Shown here: in pieces, positions 40,446 through 49,289 of the stretch
Numbering within the stretch: the first letter of the stretch is position 1
Layout of the letters: each line of letters starts with the position of its first letter
Assembly: GCA_036679645.1 (NCBI GenBank)
Contig: JAZDCY010000025.1
Coordinates: 1 to 49,289 of the forward strand
Reading direction: 5' to 3'
From: Gemmatimonadota bacterium
GTDB lineage: Bacteria > Gemmatimonadota > Gemmatimonadetes > Gemmatimonadales > GWC2-71-9
Length of the DNA: 49,289 nt
The notes under the pieces: generated by a model
Database searches by the model: none
What the model was told of the DNA's origin: nothing
Seen by the model: the letters and a program-made list of their open reading frames with translations, nothing else
Made by a program: the position numbers and the translations under genes

Positions 40446-41401
40446 CGTGGGGCGATCTCTCCGCGCAGATGGAATTGCAAGTTCGTGGCGCCTCGATGTT
40501 CGATGTTGCGTGCCGCCAACCGGTTTGCGGCGCGGATCGCGTCGTCCAGATCCTGCTCGCTCAGCAGGCCCGCGAGGAGCGTCGCGCCAAAGACGTCACC
40601 GCAACCGGTTGCGTCCCCTTCACCGTACGGCTCGAGAGAGGTGATGCGTGCCGTCTCGGTGGGTCCGCCCCGACTGGTCCCCTCACTCCCCCCGGTGCGG
40701 TGGGCAAACGCGAACGGGCGTGACGTAAAGTACACTGCGCCCTGGACGCCGAGGGTAACGACCAGCAGCCGCACGCCGGCGAACAGGGCCGCGGCGGCGG
40801 TCTGCATGGCGTCACCCCCGAGCAATTTCATTTCGTCCTCGTTGACCTGGACGGCGTCGAAGCATGCCAGCCATCGACCGGCGTCCTCGAGTGGCTGGGG
40901 ATATCGCTCACCCTTGCTCGTGAGTCCCAGGAGCAATGAGTGTAGGTCGGCGTAGATCGGGCCCGGGAAAGCGGCGCGCAGGGCTTCCGCGCACGCCAGA
41001 TCCAGCTCAGAGCCAGAAATGAAGTTCACGTAGATTGCGTCCAGATCGCGCAGCAGTGGCTCGAGCTCCTCCCAGCGCCATGGAGGGACGCCGCCGGTCA
41101 GATGCTCTGTCCGCCGCTGGAGGGACTCGTAGCGGAGCACAACCCGGTTGTTCGGCTCGGGAACGGCAAGGAAACGGTCGGCCGCCCGCTTGGACAGCGT
41201 ATTCAGAAACACGTCGGCGGATTGGAGCAGGTCGTCGCCAACCTTGACCAGCGGGACGAAGGTCCAGTCGTCGGGTAGTGTCGCCTCGAGTGCGGCCAGG
41301 GCGTATGAGATCCCCCCCCACTCTTCGGTGGGGCCCGTTACCGCGCCGGCGCGGTGAATGCGGTCCCACACCATCGTCCCGATGACGCCCAGACGTCTCA
41401 C
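40442..41401 (-). CDS. PfkB-family carbohydrate kinase
   Basis: NEDE, VTLGVQG, DATGCGDVFG. Confidence 0.88.
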   Translation of the reverse strand: MRRLGVIGTMVWDRIHRAGAVTGPTEEWGGISYALAALEATLPDDWTFVPLVKVGDDLLQSADVFLNTLSKRAADRFLAVPEPNNRVVLRYESLQRRTEHLTGGVPPWRWEELEPLLRDLDAIYVNFISGSELDLACAEALRAAFPGPIYADLHSLLLGLTSKGERYPQPLEDAGRWLACFDAVQVNEDEMKLLGGDAMQTAAAALFAGVRLLVVTLGVQGAVYFTSRPFAFAHRTGGSEGTSRGGPTETARITSLEPYGEGDATGCGDVFGATLLAGLLSEQDLDDAIRAANRLAARNIEHRGATNLQFHLRGEIAPR

Positions 41402-42378
41402 GCGCTATCTAGGTTCTGCCGCATGAACGAGGCGACCGCGCCGTATACACCAGCGGTGCCGGGAAGTCCACCGGGCACGATGCGACAGGCCTGGACTGCC
41501 GGCCGGAACGCGCGGCGGCTGACCTCGGTCTGGAGCGGGCGGAAGAGCAGGTCGCCGGCGAGCGTAACGCCGCCACAGACGACCACGACGTCTGGATTGA
41601 GGATGTTCACGATGGTCGCAATGCCCGTTCCGAGAAACCGCGCCGTGTCCTTCACGACCTCTCGCGCCAGATCGTCCCCGTCGTGGGCGGCCTCATACAC
41701 GACCTGTGCGGTGATCTGGCTCAGATCGCCCTGCACGTAGTCGGCGACGGACGACGCGGTGCCCGCTTCCAGCTCCTCGGCCGCCCGGGCCGCTATGGCG
41801 GGGCCGGACGCGTATGCCTCGAGACACCCGTAGTTGCCACACTTGCATAGCCGACCCGTGATGTCGATGGTCATGTGTCCCATCTCGCCTGCCACATCCG
41901 ATGCGCCGTGGAAGATCTGGCCGTCGATGACCACCCCGCCTCCGACACCGGTCCCGATTGTGATGCCTACCACATTCGGAGCCCCTCGAGCCGCGCCGCG
42001 CCACCATTCGCCCAGCGTTGCGCAGTTGGCGTCGTTGTCGAGTGTGGCGGGGAGCCCTGTTGCCTGGGCGATCCGGTCGCGCAACGGCATGTTGGTCCAG
42101 CCCAGATTGGGCGTGAGAATCACCGTTCCCGTCTTGGTGTCGAGTGGCCCGGGGCTCCCGATGCCGATCCCCACTAGCTCGATCTCGCCGCCCAGTTCCC
42201 GTTCCGTCGCCGCGATCGATTTCTTGACGAGATCGACGATGCGGTCTACGACGCCGTCCGGTCCCAGCTCGACCGGTGTGGGGTGCATCTGGGGACCGTA
42301 GAGCGTACTCCCGTCCTCGGGCACCGTACCCACGACGATGCTCGTGCCGCCCAGGTCAACACCGACGATGAGTCTCAT
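41398..42378 (-). CDS. ROK-family sugar kinase (glucokinase-like)
   Basis: GVDLGGT, NDANCATLGE, GTGVGGG, GEMGH..CKCGNYGCLEAY. Confidence 0.93.
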   Translation of the reverse strand: MRLIVGVDLGGTSIVVGTVPEDGSTLYGPQMHPTPVELGPDGVVDRIVDLVKKSIAATERELGGEIELVGIGIGSPGPLDTKTGTVILTPNLGWTNMPLRDRIAQATGLPATLDNDANCATLGEWWRGAARGAPNVVGITIGTGVGGGVVIDGQIFHGASDVAGEMGHMTIDITGRLCKCGNYGCLEAYASGPAIAARAAEELEAGTASSVADYVQGDLSQITAQVVYEAAHDGDDLAREVVKDTARFLGTGIATIVNILNPDVVVVCGGVTLAGDLLFRPLQTEVSRRAFRPAVQACRIVPGGLPGTAGVYGAVASFMRQNLDSA

Positions 42379-42421
42379 TGCAGTGCGCTGTACGCGGTGA
42401 GCGGTGCGCGGGGTGTCGTGG

Positions 42422-43459
42422 TCATGTTGCTCTCACGGTACGGGCTGTGAAGCCGCGAGAAGATGGCGTACGGGTCGAGCGAATGACGCGCAGCACGACC
42501 TCGTAGACGCTGTCCGGATCGAGGTCGCGCAGGCAGCGGTGGTGGCTCAGTGGACACCGGGGCCCTCCGTGCGTCGAGCAGGGCCGGCACGCGAGCCCGT
42601 CCACTCCCAGCGCATGATCGAACGGACCGCGCGGCCCGAAACCTCGTGACGGATCGGTCGGGCCGAAGAGGCCAATAACCGGTGTCCCGACTGCCTGGGC
42701 AATGTGGAGCGGCGCCGAGTCGTTCGTGGCGGCTGCCGCGGCCAAAGCAATGACGGCGGCACTTTGGCGGATGGGAAGCAGGCCACGCAGGTCGGCTGCG
42801 GCCTGGTCAAATGGCTGCTCGGCCGAATGGGCTTTCGGAGCGGGTGGACCACCCACGATTACCGCGGGGCAATGTGCCGCGAGCCGTTGGGCCAGATGCC
42901 CAAAATACGGCCACCGTTTGTTCGCTCGTGCTGAGCCCGGAGCGAGTACCACGAATGGCGGTGACACACGCGCTTCTGCCAACGCCGCGCGCGCCGCAGC
43001 GAGATCGTCGTTGGTGAGCGAGAGGGTGAGTTCGGCCGTTCCGGGGGTCGTCGTTGCGAGCGACCGGAGGCGAAGGGCCTCATGCTCGCCGATTGGAGCG
43101 ACGCGGCGCGTGTAGAGCGTGCGGCCCGCCGCATTGGCGAATCCGACCCGTTCGCGTATCCCGGCGAGCCGGGTGAGCAGGGCACTGCGCCATGAGCCAT
43201 GTGCCAGGTAGGCGCGTTCATAGCCGGCGTGGCGCAGCCGGCGCGCCGTGCGCACGAGACCCACGAGCCCGCGATCGCGGTTGCGTTTGTCGAACAAAAC
43301 GATGCGGCCGACGGCCGGATGGGTCTCGAGCAAGGGAGCGGCCGCCGGGGTCGTCACGACATCGATCTTGCCGTACCGTTCTCCCAGCGCTCTCAGAAGT
43401 GGCGTCGCGAGGATCGCATCACCGAGCCACGCGGTCTGCACTACGAGCGTGTCGGTCAC
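42422..43459 (-). CDS. Glycosyltransferase family 9 (WaaF-like heptosyltransferase)
   Basis: [36 protein letters not shown]. Confidence 0.9.
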   Translation of the reverse strand: MTDTLVVQTAWLGDAILATPLLRALGERYGKIDVVTTPAAAPLLETHPAVGRIVLFDKRNRDRGLVGLVRTARRLRHAGYERAYLAHGSWRSALLTRLAGIRERVGFANAAGRTLYTRRVAPIGEHEALRLRSLATTTPGTAELTLSLTNDDLAAARAALAEARVSPPFVVLAPGSARANKRWPYFGHLAQRLAAHCPAVIVGGPPAPKAHSAEQPFDQAAADLRGLLPIRQSAAVIALAAAAATNDSAPLHIAQAVGTPVIGLFGPTDPSRGFGPRGPFDHALGVDGLACRPCSTHGGPRCPLSHHRCLRDLDPDSVYEVVLRVIRSTRTPSSRGFTARTVRAT

Positions 43460-45252
43460 TCGAGCTGCAGCACCGCGAGGAACGCTTCCTGGGGGATCTC
43501 GACCGATCCCACCTGCTTCATGCGTTTCTTCCCCTCCCGCTGCTTCTCGAGCAGCTTGCGTTTCCGCGTGATGTCACCGCCGTAGCACTTGGCGGTGACG
43601 TTCTTCCGCAGCGCTTTCACCGTCTGTCGTGCGATCACCTTGGAACCGATCGCCGCCTGGATGATGACCTCGAACATCTGCCGTGGGATCAATTCTTTCA
43701 ACTTTTCGGCGATCTTGCGTCCCCAGTCATAGGCCTTGTCGCGGTGGATGATCACGCTGAAGGCGTCCACTGGATCTCCGTTGATCAGCATGTCGAGCTT
43801 TACCAGGGCGCTGGTGCGGTAGCGCGAGAACTCGTAGTCCATGGCGGCGTAGCCGCGGCTGATCGTCTTGAGGCGATCGTAAAAATCGATGATGATCTCG
43901 GCGAGCGGAAACTCCCACTCGAACTGCACACGACTCGGATCGAGGTAGTGCATACCCGTGTACTCACCGCGCCGCTCCTGCCCGAGCTGCATGATGGCGC
44001 CGATGTATTCCGACGGTGATGTGATGCGCGCCTTCACGTACGGTTCCTCGACGCGATCGACGCCCGTCCCGGTCGGCATCTTGGTCGGGTTCTCGATCAC
44101 GACCATCGAGCCGTCCGTCTGTTGCACGTGGTACTCGACGTTCGGCACCGTACTGATCAGGTCGAGATCGAATTCCCGCTCCAGTCGCTCGCGCACGATA
44201 TCCATGTGCAGGAGTCCCAGGAACCCGCAGCGGAACCCAAAACCAAGGGCGACGGATGTTTCGGGCTCGTAGTGGAGAGAGCCGTCGTTCAGCTTCAGCT
44301 TGGCGAGCGCGTCACGCAGCTCCACATACTGGTTCGAGTCGGTCGGGTAGAGGCCCGCGAAGACCATGGGTTTGATGTCGCGATACCCCGGGAGCACGTC
44401 GGCCGTGTTGTCTGCATCGAGCACGGTATCACCGGCGCGGGTCTCCTCGACACCCCGGACGTTGGCTACGACGTACCCGACCTCGCCCGCCTCGAGGGTT
44501 TCCGTGCGGTGCCGGCCAAGCTGCAGGTACCCGATCTCCGCCACCTCGTACACATCCTCGGGGTGTGAACCAAACGCGATGTTCATACCCTTGGCCAGGG
44601 TGCCGTCCACGACCCGGATGCTGGGGATGGCGCCGCGGTACCGGTCGTAGTAGGAGTCGAAGATCAGCGCGCGCAGCGGGGCATCCGCACTGCCCCCCGG
44701 CGGCGGGACCCGTACTATGATCTCCTCGAGTAGGTCCCCGACACCGGTCCCGTCCTTGGCGGAGACGTGCACGATCTCCTCAGGGGCGATGTGAATGAGG
44801 TCGTGCAACTCCTTTGCCCGACGGTCCGGCTCGGCTGCGGGGAGATCGATCTTGTTGAGAACCGGGATGACCTCGAGATTTGCGTCGAGAGCCAGGAAGA
44901 GGTTGCTCACAGTCTGCGCCTGGACCCCCTGACTTGCGTCGACTACGAGCAGCGCCCCTTCGCAGGCGGCCAGCGAGCGGGACACCTCGTAGGTGAAATC
45001 GACGTGTCCCGGCGTATCGATGAGGTTCAGTTCGTACTCGGCACCGTCCCGGGCGGTGTAGCTCATGCGGACCGCGTTGAGCTTGATCGTAATGCCCCGT
45101 TCGCGCTCCAGGTCCATCGTATCGAGGACCTGGTCCCGCATCTGCCGCTGTTGCAGCGTCCCGGTGGCCTCCAGCAGCCTGTCGGCCAACGTCGACTTCC
45201 CGTGGTCGATGTGGGCCACGATGCAGAAGTTGCGGATGCGGTTCTGTCGCAT
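43456..45252 (-). CDS. lepA: Elongation factor 4
   Basis: [41 protein letters not shown]. Confidence 0.99.
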   Translation of the reverse strand: MRQNRIRNFCIVAHIDHGKSTLADRLLEATGTLQQRQMRDQVLDTMDLERERGITIKLNAVRMSYTARDGAEYELNLIDTPGHVDFTYEVSRSLAACEGALLVVDASQGVQAQTVSNLFLALDANLEVIPVLNKIDLPAAEPDRRAKELHDLIHIAPEEIVHVSAKDGTGVGDLLEEIIVRVPPPGGSADAPLRALIFDSYYDRYRGAIPSIRVVDGTLAKGMNIAFGSHPEDVYEVAEIGYLQLGRHRTETLEAGEVGYVVANVRGVEETRAGDTVLDADNTADVLPGYRDIKPMVFAGLYPTDSNQYVELRDALAKLKLNDGSLHYEPETSVALGFGFRCGFLGLLHMDIVRERLEREFDLDLISTVPNVEYHVQQTDGSMVVIENPTKMPTGTGVDRVEEPYVKARITSPSEYIGAIMQLGQERRGEYTGMHYLDPSRVQFEWEFPLAEIIIDFYDRLKTISRGYAAMDYEFSRYRTSALVKLDMLINGDPVDAFSVIIHRDKAYDWGRKIAEKLKELIPRQMFEVIIQAAIGSKVIARQTVKALRKNVTAKCYGGDITRKRKLLEKQREGKKRMKQVGSVEIPQEAFLAVLQLE

Positions 45253-45325
45253 GGCGGGGAATATAAGGCCGCCCGGCGCAGCGGACGCTCGCCGCGTCCG
45301 GTCGTTCGTCCTATCTTTGCGACTG

Positions 45326-47958
45326 ATGTCGGAGATCCTCGAGCAACTCAAGGCCGCTCTTACCGGCCGCTACAATGTCGAGCGTGAGCTGGGTGCGGGC
45401 GGCATGGCGATCGTCTATCTGGCCGAGGACGTGAAGCACCACCGGCAGGTGGCCGTGAAGGTGCTGCGACCGGAGCTGGCCGCGGCGATCGGTGCCGAGC
45501 GATTCCTGCGGGAGATTGAAATCTCAGCGCGTCTCCAACACCCGCACATCCTCGCGGTTTACGATTCCGGCGAGGCGGGCGGGTTTCTCTACTACGTCAT
45601 GCCGTATGTAGAAGGGGAATCCTTGCGCGACCGACTGGATCGCGATCAACAGCTTCCCCTGGATGACGCGCTGCGACTGGCCCAAGAGGTCGCCGATGCC
45701 CTGAGCTACGCACACAACCATGACGTCGTTCATCGCGATATCAAGCCGGAAAACATCCTTCTCAGCTCGGGGCACGCGCTGGTCGCCGATTTCGGCATCG
45801 CGCGCGCCATCACGGCAGCCGGTGGTGACCGCCTCACTCAGACCGGTCTCTCGATTGGCACACCCGCGTACATGAGCCCCGAGCAGGCCGCGGGTGAGGC
45901 AACCGTCGACGGGCGCAGCGACATTTACTCACTCGGCTGCGTGCTCTATGAGATGCTCGCTGGGGAGCCACCGCACACCGGGCCCAACGCTCAGGCGATT
46001 ATCGCAAAGCGCCTTACCGAACCCGTGCGCTCCCTGCGAGAGCGCGCGAGAGCGTCCCAGCAGCTACCGACGAGGCGCTGGCCCGGGCCCTCGCTCGCAT
46101 ACCGGCAGATCGCTACGCGACGGCCGCCGAGTTCGCGAGCGCGCTCAAGCGGGAGGACACGCCACCACGCCCACGGAGCGCCGAGTTGCCCAAGGCGCTT
46201 CGCATCGGCGTGTTGGCCGCGGTGATCGCGGTGATCGCTGTGATCGGATTCGGCTCCTACGTGGCGATCACGGGCCAGGGCGAGTCGTCAGCCGACCGAA
46301 CGCTCCCCCGCCTGGTGGTGCTACCGTTCGAGAACCTGGGTGCCGCCGATAACGAGTACTTCGCGGCCGGGATCACGGACGAGGTCACGGCACGTCTCGC
46401 CGGCCTCAATGGGCTCATCGTGATCGCGCGGCAGAGCGCGATGCAGTACAAAGGCAGCGACAAGACCCCTCAGGAGATTGGCGGCGAGCTCGATGCGCAG
46501 TACCTGCTCGAGGCGACGGTGAGCTGGCAGCGAGGTGCGGACGGCTCGAGTCGCGTCCGCATTCGACCGCAGCTCATTCGAGCCAGCGACGCCGGCCACG
46601 TCTGGGCGGATGTCTACGATGAGGACATGACCGAAGTCTTCGCTGTACAAACCGCCATCGCGAACAGGGTTGTCGATGCGCTCGGCGTGGCGCTGCTCGC
46701 GCCCGAAGAGCAATCGCTCGCGGCTCGTCCCACGGACAATCTCGAAGCGTATGATCTCTTCCTGCGCGCGAATGGCGTGTGGTCCGACCTGTTTACTAGG
46801 CGGGGCGGGGAGATCGCGCTACCGCTCCTCGAACGGGCAGTCGAGCTCGATCCGGATTTTGCTCTGGCCCATGCGTCGATTGGCGAGACCCATCGGCAGA
46901 TGTATCACTATTTCTTCGATCGTACCGAAGCGCGGCTGGGTCGGGCGAAAGAATCGATCGACCGGGCGATCGCCATCGATCCTACGCTCGTCGAGGCTCG
47001 ACTCGCGCTCGCGAATTACTACTACAGCAGATTCGACTACGATCGGGCACTCGCGGAGCTGGAGCCGATTCGTCAAGCGCATCCGAACCACAGTGAGATA
47101 CTACTCATGAGGGCCTCGGTGCTACGCCGGCGCGGCAACGTCGAGGAGTCCATTGCAGACTACGAGGCCGGCGTGCGAGTGAACCCGCGATCGGCCTCGC
47201 TCGCGCTGAACCTGGCGCTCTCGTATATGCTCGTGCGCGAGTACGCCGCGGCCGCACGCGAGCTAGATCGTGCCATCTCGCTCAGTCCAGAAGTGGCCCG
47301 CCAATACAAGTACAAGCTCCAGCTCTCGCTGCAATGGCGCGGGGACACCGCCGCCGCACGGGAAACCATGGCGCAGGTGGAGCGTCTCGGTTTTCTCACG
47401 GCGCCCGATGTGGTTCCCGCAGCCATGTTCGTCTACTGGCTGGGTGGCCGGTTCGACGACGCGATCAGTCTCCTGGACCGGCTGCCGCGGGACTTCGCAT
47501 CAGATATTCAGTATTGGTACCTGCCCAAGGAGCTGCTGTACGCCGAGACGTTGCACCGGATGGGGAGGACCGAAGCCGCCCGCGCCCATTTCGAATCCGC
47601 CAGCGTCGCGCTCGAAGCCCTCGTCCGGTCTGACACGACCGAAGCTCGGTATGCGCGTTCCTTGGGAATCGCGTATGCTCGGCTCGGTCGGCGGGAGGAA
47701 GCAATCCGCATGGCGCGGTTGGGGGTCGACTTGCTCCCGGTAGAGCGAGAAGCGCTGCGCGGCGTGTACGGCGTTGAGGATCTCGCGGCGGTGTACACCA
47801 TCGTTGGAGAGCACGGGGCGGCGATCGACCGACTAGAGTACTTGCTCTCCATTCCAAGCATGATGTCAGTCCCACTTCTTCGCATTGACCCACGATGGGA
47901 TGCCCTGAGGGACCAGCCGCGCTTCCAGCGCATGGTCGAGGGCAGCGACGACGGCTGA
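45326..47958 (+). CDS. Ser/Thr protein kinase - TM - TolB-like - TPR fusion, with an apparent single-base frameshift near 46040
   Basis: [27 protein letters not shown]; shifted frame gives [21 protein letters not shown] and runs into ORF 46186-47958 (VVLPFENL, TPRs, DPRWDALR). Confidence 0.88.
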
Positions 47959-47992
47959 ACGGCGATCGTCCCCGCTGATCCACGACAATCCG

Positions 47993-49078
47993 GTGACCGG
48001 TCCAGTCAACGTTGCTGAGTACGAAGCCCTCGCCCGGGAGCGTATGGAGCCGGGTGCTTTTGGGTACCTCGAAGGGGGTGCCGGCGACGAGATCACGCTG
48101 CGCGAGAACTGCGCGGCGTTCGAGCGCCTGCGCCTGCTCCCGCGCGTGCTCGTGGACGTGTCTCACGTCGATACGTCCGTGGAACTACTTGGCGAGGAGC
48201 TCGACCACCCAGTGCTCCTGGCGCCCACCGCGTTCCAGACACTGGCGCACCCCGAGGGCGAGTTGGCATCGGCCCGCGCCGCCACGCAGGCAGGTACGCT
48301 GGCCGTTGTGTCGACGATGTCGTCGTATCGTCTCGAAGAGATCGCCGCCGCCGCTCCGGGCCCGAAGTGGTTCCAGCTCTACTGCTACAGGGACCGCAAC
48401 GTGGTGAGAGCGTTCGTGCAGCGGGCGGAAGCCGCCGGATTCCGTGCGATCTGTCTCACCGTCGATCTGCCACGCGTCGGTCAACGGGAGCGGGACCTGC
48501 GGTCGGGGTTCTCGCTTCCGGCAGATGTGCGGCCGCGGAACTTCGACGACGTGTCGCCGACGGATGTGGCGGATAGCGAGCTGTTCTTCCGCTACATCGA
48601 GGGCCTGATCGACCCGTCACTCACGTGGGAGTCCGTGGAGTGGTTGCGATCGGTGACGTCGCTGCCCGTCATCTTGAAGGGCGTGCTGCGCGCGGACGAT
48701 GCCGCCCGCGCGGTCGAGCACGGAGCGGCCGGCGTCATCGTGTCTAATCACGGGGCACGCCAACTCGACACCGCTCCCGCCACGATCGACGTGCTCGAGA
48801 ACATTGTGCAGGTCGTGGCCGGACGCGTTCCGGTGCTGCTCGACGGCGGCATCCGGCGCGGGACGGACGTGCTCAAGGCGATCGCGCTAGGCGCGAGCGC
48901 GGTGCTCATTGGGCGACCGTATGTGTGGGGGCTTGCGGCCGATGGAGAGACAGGCGTGCGGCGTGTGTTGGAATTGCTAGGCAATGAGATTGAATTGGGG
49001 ATGGCGCTGCTTGGTTGTCCCTCGGTTGCAGACGTGGGAAGAGACTACGTGGCAGGGCAAGAAATTGCAGATTACTGA
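47993..49078 (+). CDS. FMN-dependent alpha-hydroxy acid oxidase/dehydrogenase
   Basis: WFQLY, LTVD, SNHGARQLD, DGGIRRGTD, GRPYVW. Confidence 0.95.
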   Translation: MTGPVNVAEYEALARERMEPGAFGYLEGGAGDEITLRENCAAFERLRLLPRVLVDVSHVDTSVELLGEELDHPVLLAPTAFQTLAHPEGELASARAATQAGTLAVVSTMSSYRLEEIAAAAPGPKWFQLYCYRDRNVVRAFVQRAEAAGFRAICLTVDLPRVGQRERDLRSGFSLPADVRPRNFDDVSPTDVADSELFFRYIEGLIDPSLTWESVEWLRSVTSLPVILKGVLRADDAARAVEHGAAGVIVSNHGARQLDTAPATIDVLENIVQVVAGRVPVLLDGGIRRGTDVLKAIALGASAVLIGRPYVWGLAADGETGVRRVLELLGNEIELGMALLGCPSVADVGRDYVAGQEIADY

Positions 49079-49163
49079 TTGCAGATTTGAGATTTCAGAT
49101 CTTACCCGGCAACCGGCACCGCATCAATCTGCAATCTGCAATCACTAATCAGTAATCTACAAT
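49063..49163. repeat. Inverted arrays of 7-bp repeats (GATTGCA-like / TGCAATC-like)
   Basis: aattgca gattact gattgca gatttga gatttca gat ... atcaatc tgcaatc tgcaatc actaatc agtaatc tacaatt. Confidence 0.85.
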
Positions 49164-49176
49164 TCCTCACACTATC

Positions 49177-49289
49177 TAGAACTCATCTCATAAATAGCTG
49201 GCGCCCGGATCCGGGGCGGACATAGATTGACTGTCCGCCACCGGGAGGCCGAGCGCGATGGATCTGACCGACGAACAGTGGGTTGTCTT
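49177..49289 (+). mobile_element. Left end of an IS5-family element; transposase starts at 49258 and is cut by the window edge
   Basis: MDLTDEQWVV is a typical IS5/DUF4096 transposase N-terminus; preceded by a candidate terminal repeat (c)TAGAACTCATCTCATAA. Confidence 0.7.

Overview
High-GC bacterial chromosome segment. Gene content (multi-FHA protein, Ser/Thr kinase-TPR fusion, 6-bladed propeller, STAS/HATPase pair) suggests Gemmatimonadota; this is an inference. The left 7.8 kb is the notable part: a tandem array of ~2.58-kb units (three in the window plus the edge of a fourth). Each unit carries a membrane-anchored CxxC thioredoxin-like gene, a secreted 68-aa precursor with an 8-Cys defensin-like (CxxxC...GxC...CxC) core, and a convergent DUF4876-like lipoprotein. 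The array ends at a putative AraC-like regulator whose 3' end was copied into every unit. Conserved TTGCC-N4-GGCAA palindromes, a sigma54-like motif and a G13 tract accompany it, and peptide cores appear to co-vary with lipoprotein loops. The rest is mostly housekeeping: PLP enzymes, hybrid kinase, hsp20, tRNA-Asn, uvrA, FHA/PP2C, pckA, nfo, pcm, a TetR-ABC exporter, ftsEX-envC, lepA, a kinase-TPR gene and an alpha-hydroxy-acid oxidase. The window ends in an inverted heptamer-repeat element and the left end of an IS5-family element. Several single-base frameshifts and short deletions suggest assembly errors, so pseudogene calls are provisional. All family assignments come from motif recognition, not database searches.
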